Assembly: GCA_964016885.1 (NCBI GenBank)
Contig: OZ024741.1
Location: forward strand, 266,538,001 to 266,602,000
Origin: Eledone cirrhosa
Taxonomy: Eukaryota
Direction of reading: 5' to 3'
DNA: 64,000 nt
In this document: positions 38,779 through 49,976 of the stretch, piece by piece
How positions within the stretch are numbered: the first letter of the stretch is position 1
Layout of the letters: every line of letters begins with the position of its first letter
Position numbers and translations under genes: made by a program
Notes under the pieces: model-generated
The model's input: only the letters and a program-made list of their open reading frames with translations
Databases searched by the model: none
What the model was told of the DNA's origin: nothing

Positions 38779-38938
38779 TCATCTGAGGAAACACTGAACT
38801 AATAAAGCCTTTCACGTATGCCCCATAACTACTCTATTTTATTAATGAGCCACTTTGACAAGCAACCCAGCAGCTAAGCTTGTTTAGTATAAACGTTGAT
38901 ACTTAGTTTCAAGAACATTGTTCAGTTTGTAGTTGTAT

Positions 38939-39180
38939 TTAACCCTTTCATTACCATATTTCTAATGACATTCACTACCTAATATTTTCAAATAATTTTG
39001 AAAATATTCAAGAATTTGAAAGGATTTAGTAATATAACTTATGATTAATCTGGTATTTGGAACATAAGTTAAGCCTATCACATTATGATCAGAGGTTTTT
39101 AGATAAATATGAACATTTTAAAACAGTCTGCATTGTAGAAGTAAGGGTGATTTCAGACAGTTTTGTATTAAAAAGGTTGA
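38939..39180 (+). mobile_element. piggyBac-type MITE family C
   Basis: TTAACCCTTTCATTACCATATTTCTAATGA ... AAAAGGTTGA. Confidence 0.85.
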
Positions 39181-40939
39181 GACCAAAATATAATTTATGA
39201 ATTTGATTATTTGAATAAATGGTTTTCATCTAACTTTTTGAAGACTTAAGATGTTTGTAAATAGATACAGAACTGTCCATCAGCTGCATGTAGTTCTTAT
39301 GAAGTGGCTTTTGTTTTGGTATTATTTGTCTTTTCCTATATTTATTGACGATTTTGTTTGCTTTGAATATTTCATGTTTTTAATTGGATTGTACTGATGT
39401 TCTAAAGAGATTTAGGATATGGTAAATTGGCTGTAGTTTACCATTCTACAGAAGCTGTAACCTTCCTCCTACACTAATAATTTGTAGCTCCTCCTTATAT
39501 CAAGAGCTTCCTTCCGACTCACCATCTTTGACACAGCAGCAACTGCTTGTCTTTGTGTCGTTGACAACTGGCTGGTGTCTCCCTCTCCATTTTTTAAATG
39601 TAAAGTTAGAAATCTGTGAAAGAAGTGATTCTTTCTTGTCATTCGGATTTTAGGATTCAGCAGAAGTGTTTTAACAATGCCAGCTATGAACAATATTGGT
39701 ATGCTACAAAATTAATAACTTTTCTTGTGGTTTATTTCTGTAGAAACTATATTTCATGTCACTATTTGCTCCTATCATAATTTTTACGCCCATTTTTTTC
39801 ATGAATGGGTTAGACGAGTCTTTAGTACATCTCTATGCTTGTCTTTTTCTCTTGTCATATCCTGTGATGTTCAGCTTCCTCAGATTAGCTATCATTACTT
39901 CTACCCAGGTCTCTTGTGGTCTGCCTTTTCCACATCTTTCTTCCACCCAGAACTCCTGGCACATCTTTACCCAATAATTATCATGATCATCTGTATGCAT
40001 TACATGTCTCTACTAGTACACCATATTTGGTTCTGCTTATACACAGATTTGCTCGCAACTCCTCTGTGCTTCATTGTCCATGTATACCAACATTACATAT
40101 CTAATGGAGCAGTCTCTATTCATTTCTTTCTAGCCTCCACTAAGGCCCTACATTCACTGCTGATCTCTCATTATCATGCAGCATTTCACTATTTATGTAG
40201 GAATCATACATTGCTTTTAATTTTTTTTTCAATTAGTTTTGAAAATAATAAAAAATTTGGAGGTATTTAGTAACATAACTAGCTTTTTTATTATTATGCT
40301 GGTGTTTGGAACATAACAGTTCTTAAATAAGAATTATGATGGGAAGTGTTTAGATAAACACTTTAAAACGAACAGTTTTGTATCATAGAACTGAGGGCAG
40401 TTTTGTTTAAAAATGTCAAAAAGTGTCAAAATAGATGCATGACCCTGCTTAGTTAATTTAGATCAATAGATTTTATCTTCTTTGTCTGTCATAATGAACT
40501 CTATGATCTGTCAAAAAAAATGTTCTAAAATTTTTATTTAGAATTCAAGGAAGACATGTAAGGAGAAGAGGGCTGGCAAATATTCTAACAAATTCTCTGC
40601 CAACAGCTCCCCCTTCTCTCTGAGGTAATGTTTTATGGCTGGGTGCCCTGGTGCCAAACCCTTTTAGTTGGCTCTTGTGACATAAAGTTTACATTCAACA
40701 CTGTGTAAATGGTACCAGCCAACTGTGTATAATACAAAACCTTTGCCGCCATTGTAACATTGGTATATATTTCAGTGTTTCTTCTTCTCATATTTCTAAT
40801 TAAGACAGGAATGGCATCTGCCTGTAAAAATACTTGTTTCCACAATATGTAAATGTGAAGTGTGCACATCTACAGGCAATATTCCATCCATATTAGCTGG
40901 CGAGAAATCCCATAGTTAGTTTGAGGCCCCCCCCCCCTC

Positions 40940-42112
40940 TTAACCTCTTTTGTAACCGTTTATTTAATGAAAGACACTGCTTATGATTTTCAAATAATTT
41001 TGAAAAAAAAAATTGGAAGGATTTAGTTATATAATTATACTACGGCATCCAGCCGTAGAAACCAAACTAAAATCAATTCTGTGTGAGCAAAACAGTCATC
41101 CGATCTGGCTTGTCTCACAACAGGACAGCTTGTCTAACCCATGCTAGCATGCAAACTGGACGTTAAACGATGATGGTGATGAATTAACTTTCTCATGATT
41201 AAACTGGTCTTTGGAACATAAGAAAGGTTCTTTTACATAAAATAATGGAAGATTTTAGTTAAATATAAACACTTCAAACCTTTTGTCACTCTATTTCTAA
41301 TGAGTGACAGTTTAGAATTTTCAAATAATTTTGAGGGCTTTAGTGATGTAACTAACTTTCTCATTAATCTGGTGTTTGGAACATAATATAACAAAGGTTC
41401 TTACATAAAATTATGATGGAAGGTTGTGTGTATCCAGTTTAAAATAGCTACACCATATCCCTGGGTGTTGTAAAAAGTAACTAAAAAGGTTGGTGTCAGG
41501 AAGGGCAACCAACTGTAAGACATTGCCTTAAAATGTATAGTCCAAATCAAGCGGGTATGGAAAAATCTAGGTAAAAACAAACATTTAAAAACAAATAGGT
41601 TTATATTGCAGAACCAAAGGCAATTTAATATCAAAAGGGTTAAAATATACAGTTCTGTATTGTAGAAACAGGGCAGTTTCAGGTGGCTTGGTATCAAAAC
41701 GGTTAAAATATACAGCTTTTGTATTGTAGATCGGCATATCGGTTCTGAGTTCAAATCTTGCTTTGCGTTTCATCCATTTGAGGTCGATAAAGAAAAGTGC
41801 CAGTCTAATACTGGGGTCAATTCTTCCTCTATCTCTTTCTCACTTCCATTCTCTCTCTCTATCCTTCTCCAGGAGAAACCTACTGTATTCAGACATGAAG
41901 AAGCGATGGCTTCTACCAGGTTTTAAAATGCCCTAGAAATGCCATATGTCAATACACTGCCCCTATGACTCTCTCGTGAGTTACAGGACTATGCATGCAT
42001 TGTAGATGCTGGGGCAGTTTCAGGTGGTTTTAGTATCAAAAAGGTTAAAATATACAGCTATGTTTTGTAGATACAGGGGCAGTTTCATGTGGTTTGGTAT
42101 CAAAAAGGTTAA
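40940..42112 (+). mobile_element. Cluster of family C MITEs with four tandem right ends and nested retroelements
   Basis: Repeated unit of about 62 bp ending ATCAAAA(G/C/A)GGTTAA at 41643, 41706, 42048, 42112; nested family E and family D copies. Confidence 0.8.
41732..41998 (+). mobile_element. SINE family D (family-A head/central domain, CT-rich linker, distinct tail ending in ATGC repeats), 5'-truncated
   Basis: 9-bp TSD ATTGTAGAT (41723-41731 / 41999-42007); homologous to 53101-53440. Confidence 0.85.
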
Positions 42113-43969
42113 TTTCAAATCTGTTTATTTACCACTGATTAACATGTTGCATATTACCAGGTTTACTATTATTTAGTAAAACCTATTTTTAATGATTTCT
42201 TCATTTGTTTTTCTAACAAAATTGCGGCTAAGAGCCGGATGTCTTTAACTTATCTTGCTAGTACTAAGGCAAAAGAAGAGAAAAAGAATCTAGACTTTAT
42301 GGGTTGGGTACTGAAGACAAGGATTTCATTCAAGTAGTTGTACAAGTATAAGTATGTTTGTGTAGGCACATATACCAGTATGTGGTGTGTATGTGTAGGA
42401 GGGACCTACCATGAGTGGCTAGTTTTGTTTAATGTATTATCATAATTGCTGTCTCTACAAAACATATTTACAGAACAAGTTACATTTTTGTTGACCCTAA
42501 AAACTAATTATTTTTTTTAGTAAGCCATTTATTCTTGAGGTGTGTGTTTACAATTAAATTTGGCCCCCACCTTCTTTTTATATTAGTCAACAAGTGTTAG
42601 GGTTAGGCTTTGTTGGGGTTAGATTTTGGGTTCTGTTGAGACTGGAGTTAGGGGTCTGTTGGGGTTTGAGTAACATTTGCTTGAATTGAAAAGTAATGTA
42701 TTAAAGAAGCACCAGATTTTTTTTTTGTGAAACTGTTTTAATGTGACTTCCCCTCTTCTACTAAAGCAGCTTATGATAAGAAGGGGCATGGTATAGGGTT
42801 AGGGTGTTGGATCATAAAGTTGTTGTTCAATTCCTGGACTAGATGTTATGTAATCTTATCATGACAGGACTAGGGCTCCTATCATTAAAACACCTAAGAC
42901 ACCACCTATGAGATCTAATCTTGTAGGAGGTCAGTTACACCTGCATAAGTAGGTGTGTATTGTAAATTTCATTGTATTATCTGTTTCAATGTTTCTAATT
43001 TTCCCCTACTCTTCTTCCATGTGAATCTCACTTTAGCCACTGTCGCCGAGATCAATTATAATTAAAATCAAATGCTGTTCTGCCATAACTATATACTCTA
43101 TTTACTACAAGGAATCTAAATATATTTACATTGTAGTCAGATATGTACCATGTTTCAAACTCGTTACTTTTATTAGATACAGACTTTTCAGTTTTTTACT
43201 TTTGTCATTTTGTATGAATTGTCAATGAATTTCTCCCCCCCTTTCAAGATTAGTTTTCAGGCTAGACATTTGAATGCTGGGATTTTTTTTTAATCATATT
43301 ATTTATTGCTTAAATGTAGAGTGCAAATTTGGATGAACTGACCTGCTAAGCTTGAACTAGTTATCTTAAGTCTGGGAATATCTCGTATTGATTTCTGTAA
43401 TCTGATTGTCATTTTTTTTAGTACTGTCTGGTATATTTGTATGAGATTTTCTCTGATTCTATATTTTGTTACTGCTTTTCTTCCTTTCTCTTGCTACATC
43501 ATCTTAGCATTTTAGTATTAATCATTTCTTCAAAGGTACACATTATCTAATGCTCTCTCTCTCTCTCACATATAATATATTTCTTCATTGTACTGTTATT
43601 GCTTTGTTATTTCTGTTTACTTTTGACACACACACATAATGATCAATGTTAATGTTGGGTTGTAGATTTATAGGTATAAGAATAACATTTACTGATGTTG
43701 GTGATTCCACACATATAGCAGTTATGTTATATGTATCTTGGTTGACTGGTACTTGAGTTTGAGTGAGCCAACAGCTAATTCATCTATTCCAGTATGCATA
43801 TTCATGTGGTCACTTTTTTTCCTTCCATAGGGGTATTTTACTGAATTTTCTAAGTTATTATTTATGGCAAGTGACTGTATTTAGTTATTTTTTATGTCTG
43901 AGTTTCCTATAGTTTCTGTGAATTTCACAACACTTTCAGCTCTTTGAAAGTTCGATACTTTGCATACAG

Positions 43970-44262
43970 GGTAAAGAACCCTTTCGGTCACAAATGACCA
44001 TGGGATTTGCATCTAGAAAGTTCTCTTCCGAGGCAAAAGTCCAGGCAAGGTTGTTTGTGGAAGACCAGCAGTCGCCCATGCATACCAGTCTTCCCCTTCT
44101 ATGCCACCGAAAGGCAAAGGCCAATATTGCTTGGCACCAGTGACATCGCAACTCATTTCTACAGCTGAGTGAAATAGTGACTTGCTTAAGGACACAGCAC
44201 ACCAGCTGGTCCGAGAATTGACCTCACAATTGCAAGTTCAACACTCTAACCACTGTCATGCA
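43970..44262 (-). mobile_element. CORE-like SINE family B, near full length
   Basis: Colinear with 26735-27045 (GCATCTAGAAAGTTC...GGAAGACCAGCAGTC...TTGGCACCAGTGAC). Confidence 0.9.
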
Positions 44263-44556
44263 ACTTCATTGTTATGTATATATGTGGCATTATAAAAACT
44301 TATTAAACTGCTGCAGCCTGATGACGTTTGTCACTCCTATACCAGTAATTGGTGCAAGTTTAGTTGTTTTACCATTAGAGTTTAGGTATAGCTTAGAAGG
44401 ATGTGTGTGTATACAATTATTTTATCTCGTGTGGGATAGGTCTGGTGAGTTGGGCTGAATGTAGTTTTATAGATTGATTTGCTTGAGTTTGTGGATAGCT
44501 TTGGTTTGTTGTAGATATGTTTAAGTTAAGGTAATTGCTAGTCTTAGTAACCTCCC

Positions 44557-44558
<2 letters not shown>

Positions 44559-44599
<41 letters not shown>
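44559..44599. repeat. (AT)n microsatellite
   Basis: Direct reading; others near 1183-1218, 9495-9525, 32922-32942. Confidence 0.95.
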
Positions 44600-44603
<4 letters not shown>

Positions 44604-45200
44604 CTTCATAAATGTGTAGAAATATTTTGCTCAGAGCCAACATTCAGCCCTCTATTACTTAGTATCAATTGTATTTGAATTCCGAAAGCTATGTGATAAA
44701 ATCTGACTCTGTTATAGGATAAAGTCCACTTAAATGAAATGTTATCATGGTTGTATGATAAGTTTGAAGGTTATGTTGGTCTCTTATCTGCTCATAAGAG
44801 TCTACGTTTTTTTGTTGTTGTTGTTTTTTTCCTCGTTGCTTTAATACAAGAATACTTTAACTATTTAATGTTGCTGTTTCAAACTCTTCGTTTTAACTGA
44901 GAAAGAAGACCATAATTGTAGGAACTTCAATAATGTTTTAGCTTTAATTCCCCCCATGTTGGCATGGCTTGGAAAGGTCATCACGGTTTGACTAGACAAA
45001 TCGGAGAACCACATCTCACACATATGTTCATGTTCCATTTTTGGCATGGGTTCTACAGTTGGATACCCTTTCTAATGACAACCACTTTAGAAGTGTATTA
45101 TGTGCTTATGGTGCCAGTACTGTTATAGTCATCCTCAGTTTGCTTGCTACCAATTTACAGAGGGAACTGGGTGTATTTTCATAGCACCCCCACTAATTAT

Positions 45201-45750
45201 TTAACCTCTTCATTATTATATTTCTAATGAAAAACGTTGTCTATAGTTTTCAATTAATTTTGAAAATAATCAGTAAGAATTTATTTAGTAAAGCATCTTT
45301 TTCATGTTTAAGCTGGTGTTTGATTTTTATGAAATGATCATGAAAGATTTAAATTTAAGAATAAACACTTTAAAACAAATGACTTTGTATTATAAAACTA
45401 GGAGCTGTTTCAGGCAGTTTAGTATGACTGGTTAACTAATATTTCTTTTTAAATTATCAAATAGTTTTTTTTATTGTTAAAAATTGACTTGTTGGCTTTT
45501 CAAGCCAGTTTTGATTAAAAAAAATTGCTCTTAGATTAACTCTTTTGATAGCAACCCAGTCAAAACCAGTTCTGGTTCTATGAAAAAAGAAATCCCCTAT
45601 TATAAGGAGTTCCTGTTTAAATTATATTCTAACATGATTTTATATTAGAACCCTATATCAAGTTGCTATCTTAGTAATGAAATAATTGATAATTTTAGTA
45701 AATCTCTTAAGATTCTTTATTAATTGAAATAGTATATTTTATTAGTGTTA
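45201..45750. mobile_element. Two family C MITEs in opposite orientation (45201-45435 +, 45536-about 45750 -)
   Basis: TTAA ends at 45201, 45432, 45536; family motifs on both strands. Confidence 0.75.
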
Positions 45751-47149
45751 CGCTCATAAAAATTAAGTGTCCCAGCATGGCCTCAGCCGAATGCCCGGAA
45801 CTGGTAAAAGAGCAATAGGGAATTCATAACAAATAGAAATTGGATCTTTAGGAATTCATAACAGGTTGGACCCTGCTGTAAAGTTGAGTATTTTATGTAA
45901 AGTATTGACAAAGGTTCTTTGTCTTATGAATTCTGGTAGGTTAGTAACATTGACAAAAACATAATAGATAAGGAAACAAAATAGTTTTCCTTAGGAAATA
46001 GTTTGTGTGGATATGAAAGTATATTATAAAGATAACACACTTTATCAAGCTAAAGGCTATACTGTTGACATTGCTGTTTTTCTATACTAAAACAACTTGT
46101 TGATTTTTAGTTTTAGTCTGCTATCATCACAGACAAAAAACTAAAATATATATATAGGGAAATGGTAGGTAGAAATTTAATACTAGATAGGATATAGAAG
46201 CCTTGAATAAGGGCAGAAAATATCTTGTATATCTGACATTGATTTGGTCCTTCACTACCACTAGTGTTATTTACCATGCCAAATGGTTGAAAGAAATTTA
46301 TTTGTCTATGTAGAAAGTATTCTACATAGACAAAATAGTTTCTAAGGCAATGTGGTAGTGAAGTCTGGATAATAAAAATAAATGATATGCAAAGGTTAGT
46401 GAGTGCAACACAAATGCTGCTGTGCTGCAGATGTGATTTGTTTAAATAGGTAGTACAATATGAAATGGTTGTAAGTTGTTTGTAAACAGTTGATAGAATA
46501 AAGAAAATAAAAACACTTGATGGGATGTTGATGCTAGACTGTCCAGGAACTGATTAATGTTAGGTGGAGTTTATTGGAGTCTTATCATTATTAAGAAAGA
46601 ATCTTGTTTATTTTTCCATTTTATATTGCAGTTTAGGAACTGTTAATTAGGTCAGACTTTGCCAAGATAACCAAGTACCTTTTCCAGACATCTCTCTCTA
46701 TCATTGCTACTTTTAGTTCTTAGATTCCAGGCCAGTATCTTGCTCCAGATTGCCTATGTGACTTGTCCTCAACATTTGTGTCTATCATTACTATCACCAG
46801 TTCCTAGATAGTCGTCCAGTCCTATATCCGAGATAGAGTCCAGGCATATATCCTGCTTCAGGTTATCAATGTATATGACATGGTATCCACCACATCTTTC
46901 CCACTCCATGCTGTGAACCCCACAGGTCCAGATTTAATGCTTTCTCTTCTGAATATTGTACACAATGTTATGACAAACAGTACAACACTGGTTAATTACA
47001 GGTTTCTAATAGGCCAGGCAGTTGCTTACTGAATTTCTCATGGTAGGGTGATGGAGAGTGACTGTAACTTTCCTTTTCATATTAAAACTTAAAATACTGA
47101 GTGAGACATGATGCATGTTTATCATATTGTAAACAGGTCTATATGAGAA

Positions 47150-47355
47150 GGCATGTCTCTGTGGTTAGGGTGTTGGTCTCACAATCATAAGGTAGTATTT
47201 GATTCCTGGACAGTATGGTGCATTCTGTCTTTGAGCAAGACATCATTTCGTGCTTTTCATAAGACGTGGCCCCTTATCAGCAAGATATCCGAGAAACCTC
47301 CAGTGAGATGCAACCTCGTAGGAGGCTAGCTACACATAATGTGAGCTGCAAATAT
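47150..47355 (+). mobile_element. CORE-like SINE family H (B-type head, different tail)
   Basis: GTGGTTAGGGTGTTGG head, TTTGAGCAAGACA core, tail GAGATGCAACCTCGTAGGAGG shared with about 42790-42970 and 60105-60260. Confidence 0.75.
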
Positions 47356-47785
47356 ATATTTTAAAAACAAAACATGACTGTTTAATATACATAGACATAT
47401 TGTATATGGGCCCATATACTTTTGTGAATCACATTGTCTTAGTGCTATTGAAAATTAAATAGATATGTGGTTGAACCAGCGAGGGACAGTGTAAATATTT
47501 CAGTTTGATAAAACTGAGGGAGTGTCATTAAGATAGGTGACCTCTTTAACTAACCTATTCTGTTGGTAACTAGAAAAGCTCTTGAGAATCATCTATTACA
47601 GATTGTTACTATTTTATTTTTAAGTAACATTAATAGGTTAACATGATTCTTTCTGCTCAACATTTCAAAATATCTAGGCTAACTTCAGTCTGGTGTCCAG
47701 TTTCACCAAAATGGTAACATTTCAAGTAGAATGCTACAGAGTTACTCTGTATGAGTGAGTGGTTATGTTAGGTGGTGAGTGGGTG

Positions 47786-47821
<36 letters not shown>

Positions 47822-48519
47822 TAGATAGACTTTTTAGAGCACCCGGCCAAATACTTTTAGGTATTCCTTCTGGCTCTTTATGTTCTGAGTTAAAATCCCA
47901 CTAGCATCAACTTTCGGGGGTTGATAAAATAAAGTACCAGTTACGTATTGAGGTTGATATCACCTTTCCTTTTCTCCCAAACTACTGACTTTGTGCTTAA
48001 GTTTGAAATTGTTTTTCATATTTAGTCTGAACGTTTATTCCACTGGGAGAGTTTTAGATAGAGGTTTATAAAGTCTTGTTTTGAGTTCAGTATTGATAAA
48101 GGAACTGGACACTGTTGGATGTGTGTATAGATGTTCTCACACCTGCATACCCACACACACATAACACATGCACTTGCACATACATAGTGTTTTATGCACG
48201 CATGCACAATCCACAAGGCTTGCCAAGGAGTGAGGTTGACTTCTTACTAGGCCAGCCTTTGTCAATTAAGTATGAAATATAAAGATAAGGACTTTCTATC
48301 AATCAACTTGAAAGGTTAAGCTGTTGCATGTTTTATAACTATAAAGCATTACATGTGTGTGTGTGTGTGTGTGTATGAGATTTAACTATACAAAGCATTA
48401 CTATATATGTGCATGTGAGTTCTAACTATATATGTATGTTATATATATGTGTGCGTGTATATATATATATATATATACATGTTTTATAACTACATAAAGC
48501 ATTGCGTGTTTGTGTACAA

Positions 48520-48680
48520 CAAAAAGCACCCAGTCCACATTAAGTGGTCGTTACAGTGCCACAATAAAAAGTACTCAGTCCACATTATAAAGTGGTTGTT
48601 ACAATGCCATGACAAAAAACACCCAGCCCACATTATAAAGTGGTAGTTACAGTGCCACGACAAAAAGCACCCAGTCCACT
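48520..48680 (+). repeat. Tandem array of a unit of about 46 bp from the RTE 3'UTR (3.5 copies)
   Basis: CAAAAAGCACCCAGTCCACATT(ATA)AAGTGGT.GTTACAGTGCCAC repeated. Confidence 0.85.
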
Positions 48681-48751
48681 GAATGTAGATAATCTAGAAC
48701 AAACCCGAAGTTATCCACGAAAATATGGCAATCAAATGACCGACTTGTAAA

Positions 48752-48898
48752 TAATGATTTCTACTATAGGCACAAGGTCAGCAATTTGGGGAAGAGGAAA
48801 GTCGATCAAATCGACCCCAGTGCATTACTGGTGCTTTATTTTATCGACCCCGTAAGGATGAAAGGCAAAGTTGACCTCAGTGGGATTTATACTCAGAA
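48752..48898 (-). mobile_element. SINE family A, 5'-truncated long-tail copy
   Basis: Same central domain and GTCGATCAAATCGAC palindrome as the 4942 copy. Confidence 0.85.
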
Positions 48899-49553
48899 AA
48901 CAAAGCCAAGTCTAAACTAAACACCCAGGAAATAAAACCATTGAATGTTGAATAACTATTCTTTCACTTTTACACTGATCTTTCCAATATTTCTGTTGAA
49001 TCTCTTCATGCTTTAACCTTTTTGTTACCATAATTCTAATGAAAGATTCTGCCTATGGTTTTGGAATATGTTTTAGAATAAACAAAAATTTGGAGGGATT
49101 TAATTATAACTTATTGGGCTAATGTTTGGAACATGAAAAAAAGGTCTTACATAAAATTATTAAAGAAGGCTTTTAGGTAAATAAGCATTTTAATCCTTTT
49201 GTTACCATATTTCTAATGACTATAGTTTTCAACTAATTTTAAAATCAAAGAATTTAAATTGATTTGGTAATACTAACTCTAAAAATAACTTTCTCATTAA
49301 GATGCTGTTTGGAATATAGCAAAGGAAGGTTTTAGACTAATATAAATACTTTAACTCTTAACTTCCTGTATCTACATTAGCAAGACATTTTTTAACAGTA
49401 CAAAACAGCACTAATTGCATCAAATTTAAAATTCTTTGCCCTTATACTGTAAATTTTCACAATTTGTTCAGCAGTAAAGAAACTATAACGAATTGGATTA
49501 ATAAACCCAACTTTTAAAACGTTTTTTTTGCTAAATTGTAATAGGATGTTAAG

Positions 49554-49976
49554 TTAATCCTTTCATTGCCACATTTCTAATGAAATACAGTATATTTCAA
49601 TTAATTAATGAATAATTTCTAGGGATTTACTAAAGTTATTATTTCATTACTAAGATGACAACTTAATATAAAATTATGTTGAAAGATTTTAAATTAAATT
49701 GGAAACCATTAAATTGGGTGGCATTATTTCAAAGAACAGTGGATTGGCAGTATCGGTAGAGGGTCGGGCGCCATGCTTTGCAGCAAAAAGTTACGGCCCT
49801 TTATGGTCCGAGTTCAAATCCCGCCGAGGTTAACTTTGCCTTTCCTCCTTACGGGGGTCGATAAAATAAAGTACCAGTAATACACGGATATAATTGCTGG
49901 CCTTGTGCCAAAAGTAGAAACAATTATTTCATAGAACCAGAGCTGGTTTTGGCCGGACTGGTAATGAAAGGGTTAA
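49554..49976 (+). mobile_element. piggyBac-type MITE family C carrying a SINE A insertion
   Basis: TTAATCCTTTCATTGCCA ... TGGTAATGAAAGGGTTAA, showing the terminal inverted repeat of about 14 bp. Confidence 0.85.
49738..49922 (+). mobile_element. SINE family A nested in a piggyBac-type MITE
   Basis: TSD ATTATTTCA(A/T)AGAAC (49723-49737 / 49923-49937); CpGs retained, so probably young. Confidence 0.9.

Noticed and set aside
39725-40270. Longest ORF in the track (181 aa)
   Set aside because: Antisense frame across a decayed RTE relic running into a MITE; no protein-like composition or exon boundaries.
42597-42670. TTAGGG-like repeats
   Set aside because: Fewer than two perfect adjacent units; just a GT-rich patch, not an interstitial telomere.
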